A DNA stretch of 61,806 nt from a virus (IMGVR_UViG_3300046479_000013:1-61806), one strand, 5' to 3'. Shown: positions 38,021 to 47,273, numbered from the stretch's first letter. Translations and numbers: made by a program. The notes: generated from the letters alone by a model not told the origin.

Positions 38021-39126
38021 TGCGGCTTGCAGCACCCCTGCTCAAGAGAGCAAATCAACCGGCTCCGCCACTCGTGGTGGAGCTAGTTGCATATCTGAAA
38101 GATATCTCTGGGCGGGTGACAACCCAGAATCTCCTTGAACGTTGGGACATTGACGCTAAGCCCGTTGACTCAGATCCCTTCGGTGCCTCAGAGTGGGTGA
38201 GTCTGCGTTACTCCCGCAATACCGCCGGTGAGGCTACGTTCCTGATGGTGGCTGAGAATGAGCCAGCACCAGGCTACCAGGAGTTATTGGACAACATCAA
38301 GGACTGGCTAATTGCCCAAGGGTTCCAGGAGAGGGAGAACGGAAGATACATCCAACCTAGACCCGGCAAGACATTCTCTAAGCTCAAACTTCTGACTCAT
38401 CCTCCTCAGATTGTTCGAGATCTAGCTCATGCAATCGAGGAGGTTGAAGAGGTAGATGAGATCACTATCCAGAGATCCTACGAGGGTGGGTTCCTAATGT
38501 TTGTGAGCTTTGATGATGCTTCGTTTCCAGAAGATAATTCCTATGGCGTGAATCTAGAAACCGGAGAAGTGGATTGTCTCAATCTGGATATCACCCCCGA
38601 TGAAGATGGTAAGTGGTGGGTACACACTCAGGTAGAACCTTTGGACTATAATGGCCCAGCCATACGCTCAGTCCTAGAGATCATCCAAGACTGGTTAGTC
38701 GCCAATGGATTCCGTCAGGACGGCCGAAGCAAGATTGATTGGAAGCAAGCGGCTGCAGTCAACAAGGAATACGTGAATTCCGTTGATGAGTGGTTTCAGA
38801 ACCTATGTCTGGGCATCAAGAACCAGATCAAAGAGATTAGTCCAGATCTCAAGAACATTGAATGCTCATTCTTCCACCGTAACGCCAGCATCATGGTTTA
38901 CAGCCCAGAGGCCACCTACGACAAGAAGGCCGTGGATCTAAATCTCCAATCAGATGCTGAGACCATCTTCGCAACCATCCTGGGATGGGTAGCCCCTGAG
39001 GTCAAGGAGAACATTATTGATGTTCTAACAGCCGCTGGCTTCCGAGACACCTGGGGACCTGAGCCCAAATACCATTACATGGTTGGTGTGTTCACAGACG
39101 AATTAGAAGATCCAGACAGCTTCTGA
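38020..39126 (+). CDS. three-domain KLL-leader protein
   Basis: MRLAAPLLKRAN; DWLIAQGF, DWLVANGF, DVLTAAGF. Confidence 0.75.
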   Translation: MRLAAPLLKRANQPAPPLVVELVAYLKDISGRVTTQNLLERWDIDAKPVDSDPFGASEWVSLRYSRNTAGEATFLMVAENEPAPGYQELLDNIKDWLIAQGFQERENGRYIQPRPGKTFSKLKLLTHPPQIVRDLAHAIEEVEEVDEITIQRSYEGGFLMFVSFDDASFPEDNSYGVNLETGEVDCLNLDITPDEDGKWWVHTQVEPLDYNGPAIRSVLEIIQDWLVANGFRQDGRSKIDWKQAAAVNKEYVNSVDEWFQNLCLGIKNQIKEISPDLKNIECSFFHRNASIMVYSPEATYDKKAVDLNLQSDAETIFATILGWVAPEVKENIIDVLTAAGFRDTWGPEPKYHYMVGVFTDELEDPDSF

Positions 39127-39684
39127 AGGTGCAGTGAGGTTGTCGGCCAGATCCTGAAGAGCCTCTCTGGAACCTGATGATTGATAGAACCATGCCGCAG
39201 TGCCGTGCCTCTGCATTGCCTCAATACCACATTGCTCCTGAAGCGCCAACCGGGCCTTGAGGGCCTCATAGGGTGTCCAGGGTTCCCGCTGGATCAGTCT
39301 TGCAATGAGTAGGGCATCATCAGCCATAAGCTGGACGACTTTGTCTGGTTCCAAACCAGACGGTAGGCTGTAGCCTTCAACGACCACATTGTTGTGACGT
39401 TTCATTTGGTCGCGCAGAGCATCCCACATGGGATCCTGAAAGATGGCGTTTAAGCGATCCAATGCCTCTTTGGACGCGAAGGCTACCTCGGCCAGCCCCT
39501 TACGGTCTAGGACACCATTGTTGACCAAATGACCCCCAAATTCCTTGGCGATCTGCGGGAGGAGATGCGGTGTGAGGTCTTTGGCAAGATCATCCAGGGA
39601 AACCCGAAAGAACCCCTTGGCCTCGATGAGCTTAGCCAACGTGGTCTTACCGGACCCACTCTTGCCCTGAATTCCGATTAACAT
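39103..39684 (-). CDS. coaE: dephospho-CoA kinase-like protein
   Basis: IGIQGKSGSGKTT, LDRKGLAEVAF...LDRLNAI. Confidence 0.8.
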   Translation of the reverse strand: MLIGIQGKSGSGKTTLAKLIEAKGFFRVSLDDLAKDLTPHLLPQIAKEFGGHLVNNGVLDRKGLAEVAFASKEALDRLNAIFQDPMWDALRDQMKRHNNVVVEGYSLPSGLEPDKVVQLMADDALLIARLIQREPWTPYEALKARLALQEQCGIEAMQRHGTAAWFYQSSGSREALQDLADNLTAPSEAVWIF

Positions 39685-39727
39685 AACAATACCCTCCATG
39701 AGGGAGGGTACAGTAGTGTTGAATACA

Positions 39728-39802
39728 TGGAGCCCACATCCGGGTTTGAACCGGAGACCCCCACCTTACCAAGGTGGTGCTCTACCACTGAGCTACATGG
39801 GC
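39728..39802 (-). tRNA. tRNA-Thr(GGT)
   Basis: Cloverleaf, loop TT-GGT-AA, CCA. Confidence 0.9.
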
Positions 39803-39808
39803 AACTTA

Positions 39809-40282
39809 TTAAGATACCTGAAGTGCTTTCTTCTTCCCTCTCCAAGTTGGAGTGATGCTATGGCAGTTAGGGCAGAGGGCGATCAGATTCTCTCTCAACT
39901 CATTCTTATGATCCCCGTCAATGTGATCCACTTCAAGGCTCAAGGGTTCTCCGAGCCATTCATTAGCCCCACATCTTGCACAGGCCCCGGATTGATCTCT
40001 AAGCACCCAATTCCGTTTACCTCCCCATTTGAGATTGTCCCAACCAACAGCCTCTGCTTGCTTGATTTTAGCTTGAGTGACTCTACCCCTATATTCTGGA
40101 TCTGCCCATTTTACTTTATTGGCGATTGATTTAAGCTTGCTGGATTCTAATGTTCCACCAGACGAGGCCGCAATCTTCTTCTTGGTCTCTTCAGAATGAG
40201 TTCGCTTGTTGGCACAGGATCTTGAACAGAACCCGGAGGGAGTTAAGATTTCTACTTCTTGATTACATTTCTTACATTTCAT
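39809..40282 (-). CDS. HNH homing endonuclease
   Basis: CARCG...LEVDHIDGDHKN..RENLIALCPNCH; FCSRSC; HSEETKKKI. Confidence 0.9.
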   Translation of the reverse strand: MKCKKCNQEVEILTPSGFCSRSCANKRTHSEETKKKIAASSGGTLESSKLKSIANKVKWADPEYRGRVTQAKIKQAEAVGWDNLKWGGKRNWVLRDQSGACARCGANEWLGEPLSLEVDHIDGDHKNELRENLIALCPNCHSITPTWRGKKKALQVS

Positions 40283-40330
40283 CGGACTTCCATCCTCTCT
40301 GAATTGAGAGATTGGAAGTCCGATTACATT

Positions 40331-40406
40331 TGGTTGGCGCACCAGGGGTCGAACCTGGGACAGATCGGTTATCGGCCGATTCCTCTACCAGCTGAGGTAT
40401 ACGCCA
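40331..40406 (-). tRNA. tRNA-Ile(GAT)
   Basis: Cloverleaf, loop CC-GAT-AA, CCA. Confidence 0.85.
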
Positions 40407-40418
40407 TTAAGGTTTAAG

Positions 40419-40808
40419 TTACCGTTGTCTTTTGTACCAGGGAGCCGCTTTGGTAGGAGAGATTTCTTCGAAGACACTTACGATCTGGGATCGCATATCA
40501 GCTAGGGCCTGTTCCACCTGCAGGGCTGGATACTTCTTCAAAGCAACAATCTCAGAGTACATAGCGTCCACCCGACGCATGAGAGTGGCCTTGAGCTCAC
40601 CAATTGAAGAAGGGTTGAAGCGGGACTGGCCTTCATCCTGAATGGTCACAGTGATCTTGTTCTCTTCGATGATGATCTCAATGTCCCATGGGGACAGCTC
40701 GGGAATCTTGGATGTCACCTGGAATTTGATCACGCGAGACCCATCCGGAGATTCAACATCTGTAGTGCTGTGTGCAAGCAGGAGTTTAGATAGAAGCCGC
40801 ATATTCAT
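40419..40808 (-). CDS. KLL-leader family protein
   Basis: MNMRLLSKLLLAH. Confidence 0.7.
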   Translation of the reverse strand: MNMRLLSKLLLAHSTTDVESPDGSRVIKFQVTSKIPELSPWDIEIIIEENKITVTIQDEGQSRFNPSSIGELKATLMRRVDAMYSEIVALKKYPALQVEQALADMRSQIVSVFEEISPTKAAPWYKRQR

Positions 40809-40836
40809 CCTCTACCCGAATCTGAAAGCCTTTAAA

Positions 40837-40864
40837 TGGTACTCCCTGACGGGCTCGAACCGCC
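40837..40864 (-). pseudogene. orphan tRNA 3' fragment (T arm + acceptor strand + ACCA)
   Basis: GGCGG-TTCGAGC-CCGTC-AGGGAGT-A-CCA with no 5' half. Confidence 0.6.
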
Positions 40865-40870
40865 CAGAAT

Positions 40871-40947
40871 TGGTACCTCCACCCCGATTTGAACGGGGGA
40901 CCTAATGCTTCGTAGGCATTCGCTCTAATCCACTGAGCTATGGAGGC
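40871..40947 (-). tRNA. tRNA-Arg(ACG)
   Basis: Cloverleaf, loop CT-ACG-AA, CCA. Confidence 0.9.
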
Positions 40948-40983
40948 GTAGTTGAACTTCCTGTCCTTTGGTTAGGAGCGGAA

Positions 40984-41733
40984 GTGTTTATCAAACAATG
41001 CAAAAACTGTGAGAAGGAATTCCAGACTAAGGATCGAAGAAGAACATTTTGTGGTTGTGCTTGTTCTTCCAGCTTCAATTCAAAAGGTAGAATTCAACCT
41101 CAAGAAATGAAGGACAAAGTTCGATCTAAACTACTTGGAAGAAAGAAACCTTTCGAGGATAGAATTCAGCATCCCTGCTTGATTTGCAATAAGCCTTTGG
41201 TAGGTAAACTCAAAACATGTGAGGGAGAGTGTCGGAAAGAGATCCGTAAGAGATCTGCAGCAAAAGCGGGTTCAGCTCAAAAGAGTCATTGTGTAACACC
41301 TCAAGGTCATGATGGATATTATGACGGAGTGTTGTTCAATTCGAACTATGAGTTAGCGTTCTACCTGTATTGCAAAGGAATAGGAAAGAATATTACACGC
41401 TACAAAGGAGACCCTATTAAATATTTGGATCCAAACGGAAAAGAACACAATTTCTACCCCGATTTCATTGTTGACGGAGAGATCACGGAGATCAAAGGTT
41501 ATGAATCAGAGATCAATCTAGCCAAACAGAGGGCCTCAGCAGGGTCTGTAATCTTCTTCTATGGTAAGGATCTTAGAGAAAAAATATTCCCTTGGGTGGA
41601 GGAACACCACATGAAAATCAAGGATTTGCATTCTTTATTTGTACAAAAGAAGCGGGAAGTTGCCTCCCCGCCTTTGATCACAGCAACTTCAGACCACGGT
41701 GTTGTCCCGTCTCGGAGTTCTGAAACTCCTTGA
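40984..41733 (+). CDS. homing-type endonuclease (Zn fingers + PD-(D/E)XK-like)
   Basis: CxxC motifs; SNYELAF...FYPDFIV..ITEIKGY; AT-rich, opposite strand to tRNAs. Confidence 0.8.
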   Translation: MFIKQCKNCEKEFQTKDRRRTFCGCACSSSFNSKGRIQPQEMKDKVRSKLLGRKKPFEDRIQHPCLICNKPLVGKLKTCEGECRKEIRKRSAAKAGSAQKSHCVTPQGHDGYYDGVLFNSNYELAFYLYCKGIGKNITRYKGDPIKYLDPNGKEHNFYPDFIVDGEITEIKGYESEINLAKQRASAGSVIFFYGKDLREKIFPWVEEHHMKIKDLHSLFVQKKREVASPPLITATSDHGVVPSRSSETP

Positions 41734-42316
41734 GGATGCACACAGCAGTGATGGCGTTGTCCATGTCCGGCTCACGCCAGATGGTCATATACTTGCCTTC
41801 ACTGTTCCAGTGACCGTTCGCGTCCACAGGATGGAAGTCTTCCAGGGTGATACCCTTTCCGCGCCAATCCTTGTAGTTCGGATCCGGAGTCAAGAGCACC
41901 AGGGTGCCGTTGATCCAGGGAGCATGGGGATGCTCCTTAGCGAACTGGTGTGCTGCGTGCGAAGCCTGAACAGCCTTCTGCGAAGGAGACATTCCACCTT
42001 TGACGATGATGTAGAGCTTGTGAGCTCCAGGATCGGTGAGGTAGAGTTTCCATTCGTCGATCCGTTCCCGAAGGCGGATCTGAGAATCCAAGGACTCCTT
42101 CTGTCGGCGCTTGTCCGGCTTGGAGGAGGGCTGCTCAATGAGACCTTTGTGCTTCCTGAAGGTCCCTCTGAGCTCACTCATCGCGATGTGCAGAGCACGT
42201 AGGCGGGTCGTCTGGCCCTTGGCGATGAGATCCTTGAGAAGAAGCTTGGCTTTGTTCCATGCCTCTTTCTGTTCAGGGGTAAAAGTTGGACGAGTGGTGT
42301 TGGTGTTGGTAGTCAT
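41678..42316 (-). CDS. peptidyl-tRNA hydrolase 2-like domain protein
   Basis: LYIIVKGGMSPSQKAVQASHA...TLVLL...WREPDMDNAITAV. Confidence 0.7.
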   Translation of the reverse strand: MTTNTNTTRPTFTPEQKEAWNKAKLLLKDLIAKGQTTRLRALHIAMSELRGTFRKHKGLIEQPSSKPDKRRQKESLDSQIRLRERIDEWKLYLTDPGAHKLYIIVKGGMSPSQKAVQASHAAHQFAKEHPHAPWINGTLVLLTPDPNYKDWRGKGITLEDFHPVDANGHWNSEGKYMTIWREPDMDNAITAVCILKEFQNSETGQHRGLKLL

Positions 42317-42474
42317 CGTAGACTCCTATGAGAAATGGGTTTAACCGAATTGAATTGATTGGTGTTTGCCGGATCTCGTCAGAGTCAGGGTGGACGCTGC
42401 TAATACTTCATAGCTCCTCCTGGATGCTGTGTGCCTCGTTATTGAGGACTTGGAAAGCCTAGGTTACTTGATCT

Positions 42475-42550
42475 TGGTAGCCCCGGTGGAATTCGAATCC
42501 ACGACGCACGGATTTAGAGTCCATCGCTCTGACCACTGAGCTACGGGGCC
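42475..42550 (-). tRNA. amber suppressor tRNA (CTA anticodon)
   Basis: Canonical 76-nt cloverleaf, loop CT-CTA-AA, A73-CCA. Confidence 0.88.
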
Positions 42551-42563
42551 TTGAGATCTTAGG

Positions 42564-43082
42564 CTACTTGCTCACCTGGCACAGCAGGTTACGGTTGTAG
42601 TTGATCACCTGGCAATTGGGGTCATTGTAGAGCGCCCGGACTCGGGCCATGCGATCGGGAAGATCTAAGCACTCACCTAAGACCTCAGCGAAGAGATCGT
42701 TAGAGCGATTGATCTGGGCTTGAGTGGCCCTGATCCCAAACCACAAGGCCTCACTGACCTCCGAGATGAACATCCCAGAAGTATATCCGGTGAGACCCAT
42801 GCGAACCACGAAGGTGCTGGCGTTACACCAGATGTAGACATTATCCTTATTGGACAAGGCTAGCCGGTGCTCTGGATCAATGGCCATTGCGCCGGGGAAT
42901 TTGCCCAGGGAGAACAGCCCGTTGGGACTTCCATGGCCGAGCATGATCACTCGGTCGTAGTCCGGAATAGTGTGCCTTAAATCCTCACGGCTGGCCTTAA
43001 GAACGTCGAACCCCTTACCGGCGTAGATCGGGGTCAGAAAATCGGTTGACCGATCCTCGGGGTGAATTACCAGGGTTTTCAT
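42564..43082 (-). CDS. hypothetical protein, possible caspase/gingipain-like fold
   Basis: VIMLGHGS...VYIWCNA; GGAGG RBS. Confidence 0.6.
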   Translation of the reverse strand: MKTLVIHPEDRSTDFLTPIYAGKGFDVLKASREDLRHTIPDYDRVIMLGHGSPNGLFSLGKFPGAMAIDPEHRLALSNKDNVYIWCNASTFVVRMGLTGYTSGMFISEVSEALWFGIRATQAQINRSNDLFAEVLGECLDLPDRMARVRALYNDPNCQVINYNRNLLCQVSK

Positions 43083-43129
43083 CTATACCTCCAGGTCCAT
43101 TATACCTGATTCTGTGGAGAAACGAGTCA

Positions 43130-43537
43130 TCAGAGGTCAGAATACTTCTTAACACCCTTGTTCTCTGCATTAAGCGCCAGACAGGCATCATCAAAAGCCT
43201 CTAGAACCCCAGGATCAACATTGTATTGGGCTAACAGGCCTCTACGCTTCACTAAACTTGTGGCCGGGAGACGAATCAGCAGCAAAGAGATCTGAGCCTG
43301 GAGACCATCTGGATTGGTATCATCCAGGATGAATACGATTTCTCTTATAGCCTCACCCTTGTTGGGATTGATGACATGCATGGCTGGATTAGATCCTTCA
43401 TCCCACACATCGATCTCCCACATGGGATAGGCTTGTCGAACCGTTGGGGTGATATATTCCCTCAACTCATTGAAAAGGCGCAACAGTTCTGCATCTGGAT
43501 CATGATCTGCTCTGAGCAGCTTGGCCATGAACCTCAT
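43130..43537 (-). CDS. KLL-leader family protein
   Basis: MRFMAKLLRAD. Confidence 0.72.
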   Translation of the reverse strand: MRFMAKLLRADHDPDAELLRLFNELREYITPTVRQAYPMWEIDVWDEGSNPAMHVINPNKGEAIREIVFILDDTNPDGLQAQISLLLIRLPATSLVKRRGLLAQYNVDPGVLEAFDDACLALNAENKGVKKYSDL

Positions 43538-43953
43538 AGGGACCTCACGGAGTATTGCACTTTGTTGAGCGTGAAGCCAAGAGCTGTAGCTCCATCCTGG
43601 ACGGCCTCATAGAGTTCAGTTGGGGGAGGATAGGCGTAGATCTTATTGGTCTGCTGTCCATGAATTAGGTTGACAACCATCTCAAAATCTACAGTTCCAC
43701 CAGGGGCCTCTTGCCATTCATCTTCCATCTCGTTGTAAGCGAATCCAACAGCATTGACGTTGATGACAATGGAGAATATCCCTTCTTGATCTTCAGGGAT
43801 TCCTGTGTAGACAATGACCTCTTGCTTGTCTTGATTGTAGTAACGCTTCCAAGAAGGTTCCATCGCTGGAGTTATATATTCCCAAAACTCCTTGGTCTTA
43901 CCCTCCGTATCTGGAGCAGCAAGGAGCAGCTTAGATGAGAACTTAATAGGCAT
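43534..43953 (-). CDS. KLL-leader family protein
   Basis: MPIKFSSKLLLAA; QDGATALGF. Confidence 0.72.
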   Translation of the reverse strand: MPIKFSSKLLLAAPDTEGKTKEFWEYITPAMEPSWKRYYNQDKQEVIVYTGIPEDQEGIFSIVINVNAVGFAYNEMEDEWQEAPGGTVDFEMVVNLIHGQQTNKIYAYPPPTELYEAVQDGATALGFTLNKVQYSVRSL

Positions 43954-44338
43954 AACTACGCACACCCTGATCAATGAAGTTGTTGGCGGCTAGGAGATCC
44001 TTCCACAAATCAAGAACCTCTGGGTTGAGGATCGGCATAGGAACATCGCCGGTCTTATATAGCTGGATGGTGCCAGAGCCTCGATCAGAGCTTACCCTAT
44101 TCAGAGAGAAAACAATCTCTGTGGGACCTTCCTTGACAGAGAGGGCATTACCGTATTCATCCTGAGCATCCAAAATTGCATGCGGATAGCTGATCCGAAT
44201 TTGATCCAGCATCTCGTTGAAGATGTAGTTCATCCGACTATCAAAATCCCCTTGATCATCATCCCAAAATCCGGGATCCTTGTCATCGTCAATAGCACGC
44301 TTGAGCAGCTTGGCGGTGAAAGGCTGGTTGGTTCTCAT
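43943..44338 (-). CDS. KLL-leader family protein
   Basis: MRTNQPFTAKLLKRAI; KDLLAANNF. Confidence 0.72.
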   Translation of the reverse strand: MRTNQPFTAKLLKRAIDDDKDPGFWDDDQGDFDSRMNYIFNEMLDQIRISYPHAILDAQDEYGNALSVKEGPTEIVFSLNRVSSDRGSGTIQLYKTGDVPMPILNPEVLDLWKDLLAANNFIDQGVRSYAY

Positions 44339-44379
44339 TTCAGGCATAACTAAGGCCCTCATTGGGAGGGCCAAAGTGT

Positions 44380-44456
44380 TGGCTGAGGAGGAGGGATTCG
44401 AACCCACGACATCGTGCTTAACAGGCACGCGCTCTAACCATCTGAGCTACACCCCA
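44380..44456 (-). tRNA. tRNA-Asn(GTT)
   Basis: Cloverleaf, loop CT-GTT-AA, G73-CCA. Confidence 0.9.
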
Positions 44457-44464
44457 AGAGATTA

Positions 44465-44576
44465 TTCTTAACGATAAGAGGATTGGAATCGGAGAACGAG
44501 AAAGCTTTTCAGGCGATCTCGGTTGGGATTGAACCAACTTTAACCAGATAACCGATTGCCGTTCGACCGTTAAGAA
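44465..44576 (-). ncRNA. Y-RNA-like element 1
   Basis: TTCTTAACG-GTCGAACG...GGTTATC...T-arm GTTGG-TTCAATC-CCAAC...TTAT-CGTTAAGAA. Confidence 0.7.
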
Positions 44577-44580
44577 AGAT

Positions 44581-44657
44581 TGGAAGCGGGGAGTCGATTT
44601 GAACGACTGACCTCAAGGTTATGAGCCTTACGAGCTACCAGGCTGCTCCACCCCGCA
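44581..44657 (-). tRNA. initiator-type tRNA-Met(CAT)
   Basis: TGGAGCAGCCTGGTAGCTCG D arm, unpaired 1:72, loop CT-CAT-AA. Confidence 0.85.
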
Positions 44658-44685
44658 TCGGGTTGTAAATAAGATACACGGAAGT

Positions 44686-45063
44686 CTAGAGTCGTATGAT
44701 ACCGTATCCAATAGTATCTTTTTTCTTCCCTACTTGCCCATCATAGGTCATTGCTCTCTTTATGAGAAGCCAATCCTCCAGGAGATCCTCCACTTCTTGA
44801 GGATCTCCGTTCAAGGAAGGATATGTGTCAAAGCGCACTTCCTGCTCACCACGACCATATCCCCCTGGACCATCCAAGGCTTTACGAAGCAGCAGGACGT
44901 AACCCTCCGGGATTCGAACCACCCATTCTGGCGCAATACGTCTAGTTGCTACATCAAGAGTATCTGCATCGTAACCATTGTCAATCAAAAACCCTTTGAG
45001 CTCATTGGCTACCTCAAGAGCGATGTCTTGAGCAGCTGTGAGGAGTTTGGAGATAAGTCTCAT
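44686..45063 (-). CDS. KLL-leader family protein
   Basis: MRLISKLLTAAQ; EDWLLIK. Confidence 0.75.
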   Translation of the reverse strand: MRLISKLLTAAQDIALEVANELKGFLIDNGYDADTLDVATRRIAPEWVVRIPEGYVLLLRKALDGPGGYGRGEQEVRFDTYPSLNGDPQEVEDLLEDWLLIKRAMTYDGQVGKKKDTIGYGIIRL

Positions 45064-45065
45064 GG

Positions 45066-45290
45066 TTAACCCAGGGAGTTCTTGATCGTGCTCAACTTGC
45101 GAGCTGCCTGACCAATTAGATCCTTGGCCTCGTTGAGCTGAGAAGCCAGGACTGAACGGCCTGTGACGTCAGCACCAGCCAGGTCCTGGAAGGCACCCCG
45201 GAGCTTCTCAATGGCAGCGTCTAATGCAATCTTGGCCTCTTCCGGAGAGGCGGTCTTGGAAGTTCGTTTGATCAACTGGTTACTGAACAT
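45066..45290 (-). CDS. small helical protein with divergent leader
   Basis: MFSNQLIKRTSKTA. Confidence 0.6.
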   Translation of the reverse strand: MFSNQLIKRTSKTASPEEAKIALDAAIEKLRGAFQDLAGADVTGRSVLASQLNEAKDLIGQAARKLSTIKNSLG

Positions 45291-45327
45291 GGGCCACCAT
45301 AGTATGTCTACTAAGGATTGGGAACTT

Positions 45328-45412
45328 TGGTGGCAGGGGAGGGACTCGATCGGATCACTGACCCTCATCTCCAGGCGATGATTCCCGGTGTTCTACTTAA
45401 AGCTACCCTGCG
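45328..45412 (-). ncRNA. atypical tRNA-like RNA (8-nt CAT-containing loop, expanded T loop)
   Basis: GCAGGG/CCCTGC acceptor with C1xC72, CCGGG/CCTGG stem, ACCA end. Confidence 0.5.
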
Positions 45413-45413
45413 T

Positions 45414-45490
45414 TGGTACCAGCTAGTGGATTTGAACCACTGACCTGCGGGTTATGATTCCGCTGCTCTACCGGCCTGAGCTAAGCTGGC
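45414..45490 (-). tRNA. tRNA-Met/Ile2(CAT)
   Basis: Cloverleaf, loop AT-CAT-AA, CCA. Confidence 0.88.
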
Positions 45491-45630
45491 TATGCGTGCA
45501 AGGCGAGTCGAACGTTCTCTACCCCTTGCGGGGGTATGTCTGCCCCGGAGACGTTGTCCTTGCACTGGCCTAGAGAGATCCGGCGCTGAACCATGGAAGC
45601 ATCCGGAGGGATCATTAACTCTCAAAGGAT

Positions 45631-45706
45631 TGGTAGACCCGACCGGGATCGAACCGGCGATAACCAGGATGAAAACCTGGTGCCTTAACCACTTGGCTAC
45701 GGATCT
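45631..45706 (-). tRNA. tRNA-Glu(TTC)
   Basis: Cloverleaf, loop TT-TTC-AT, CCA. Confidence 0.9.
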
Positions 45707-45784
45707 ATAAGTGTCAGACTGAAACTTTAGTGGACCATCTGACTGCCGGTCTAGCCGGGTGCATATATCGCTTTGGTAGCCGAT

Positions 45785-45859
45785 TGGAGCGGGAAATGGG
45801 GCTTGAACCCACGACATCGACCTTGGCAAGGTCGCGCTCTACCACTGAGCTATTCCCGC
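45785..45859 (-). tRNA. tRNA-Gly(GCC)
   Basis: Canonical sequence, U73-CCA. Confidence 0.95.
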
Positions 45860-45860
45860 A

Positions 45861-45962
45861 TTAAGCAAAATCACTGAGCATCCACTCTAAGAGAAGAATG
45901 AGCGGAAGACAGAATAGGAATGCTGTAGCCTCTAGAAAAGTCATTCCTTTTAAGAACTTCAT
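45861..45962 (-). CDS. 33-aa hydrophobic peptide between tRNAs
   Basis: MKFLKGMTFLEATAFLFCLPLILLLEWMLSDFA; GGAGGT RBS; fills the Lys-Gly spacer. Confidence 0.55.
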   Translation of the reverse strand: MKFLKGMTFLEATAFLFCLPLILLLEWMLSDFA

Positions 45963-45975
45963 GATTACCTCCGAA

Positions 45976-46052
45976 TGGTGCCCTGGCGGGGACTCGAACC
46001 CCGGACATTTCGCTTAAGAGGCGAATGCTCTAACCGGCTGAGCTACCAAGGC
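45976..46052 (-). tRNA. tRNA-Lys(CTT)
   Basis: Cloverleaf, loop CT-CTT-AA, CCA. Confidence 0.9.
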
Positions 46053-46162
46053 TAAACAGGGATCACAGAAACTGTATTCCAGCCGGATGAGCTGGGCCAT
46101 GTCTAATGGCATACCCTGAAATAACATCCAACAATATCCCTATTGCCGGTTCAGAACTTGAT

Positions 46163-46239
46163 TGGCAGTCCCGACGGGACTCGAACCCGCGACCTCCGCA
46201 TAGACAGTGCGGCGCTCTAACCAACTGAGCTACGAAACT
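46163..46239 (-). tRNA. tRNA-Asp(GTC)
   Basis: Cloverleaf, loop CT-GTC-TA, G73-CCA. Confidence 0.88.
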
Positions 46240-46613
46240 ATGAAATGGTGACAGGGACCGGCACGACCCTAACCCGAACCAACCGAAACCTTAAACAGGG
46301 AGTGGTTGACTCTCATATACGTTGACTGAACCATACGGTCGTGTATTTGGCCCAGTTGGGATATCTGCTCTCCCCTGTCACCGGGGTGTCCCTCTATATC
46401 AGGCAGGGCAGACTCGTATTCAATTGGTCGAATCCGAGGGACATGCTCTGCTTTCTCCGGCTAGTCTGGGTCCCGACTAAGGACCACCGGGTCGATGGTG
46501 AGATGGATGGCCACCTGTGGTGGGATCTGTATCTCAGGGCGATGGCCGACCCTGGGATCCCCCGTAGAGAGGAGCGCATCTGAGGTATACGGGGTAGACA
46601 CCGCAGAGATGGT

Positions 46614-46850
46614 TTAACGCTTCTTAGTGGCTTTGGCCCGGTCCTGAGCCCACTTGTAGTCCTTGAGCTCTTCCAGATGGTCCTCCACCATCCTAATGAG
46701 ACGGGAGAGGTCTGCTTGGCTATCCAGACAGGCCACAGATGGATGTCCCTCCTTGATCACCAGTAGCAGATCAGGTCTGACTAAGGTGCAGGAGGGAGAA
46801 TGCACGAGGGGGACTTTGGTGGTGAAGAGCGGCGATTTGCGTTTGGTCAT
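46614..46850 (-). CDS. hypothetical protein
   Basis: AGGAG RBS. Confidence 0.6.
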   Translation of the reverse strand: MTKRKSPLFTTKVPLVHSPSCTLVRPDLLLVIKEGHPSVACLDSQADLSRLIRMVEDHLEELKDYKWAQDRAKATKKR

Positions 46851-46937
46851 ATGTTCTCCTATGAGTTACGTTGCCGTCGTAACAAATAAGATTATTTAAA
46901 CATCAACCCCAAAGCATGTCGTGCTCCTTAGAAAAGG

Positions 46938-47273
46938 TTACTTGAAGGTCTTGACCGTGGTTCCCCATTCAGCCTTAACTACTCGGCCAAAGATCCTGTG
47001 GGTCCAACCATTCTGATAGCCATGGTTGTTGGAAATCAGGTAGCCTCTGTTGGCGTCTTTGGCCGTTACCAGATGGGCGTCGATGAACCTACCACGGACA
47101 AGGGCAAAGACAATGTCCCCAACCTCATAGTCCTCTTGGCGCTCAAAGGTCATTTGCACAGAGGTCTTGGCTGGGAAGATTGGAGTCATGGAACCCCCAC
47201 CAGTGGTAAGGGTTCCAGTTCCGGTTGTTTCTAGCTCCTCTCGGAGTCTTTCGTATCGAGTTTTCATATTCAT
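46938..47273 (-). CDS. S24/S26 peptidase-like protein
   Basis: GGSMTP...GDIVF..H...IFGRVV. Confidence 0.6.
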   Translation of the reverse strand: MNMKTRYERLREELETTGTGTLTTGGGSMTPIFPAKTSVQMTFERQEDYEVGDIVFALVRGRFIDAHLVTAKDANRGYLISNNHGYQNGWTHRIFGRVVKAEWGTTVKTFK

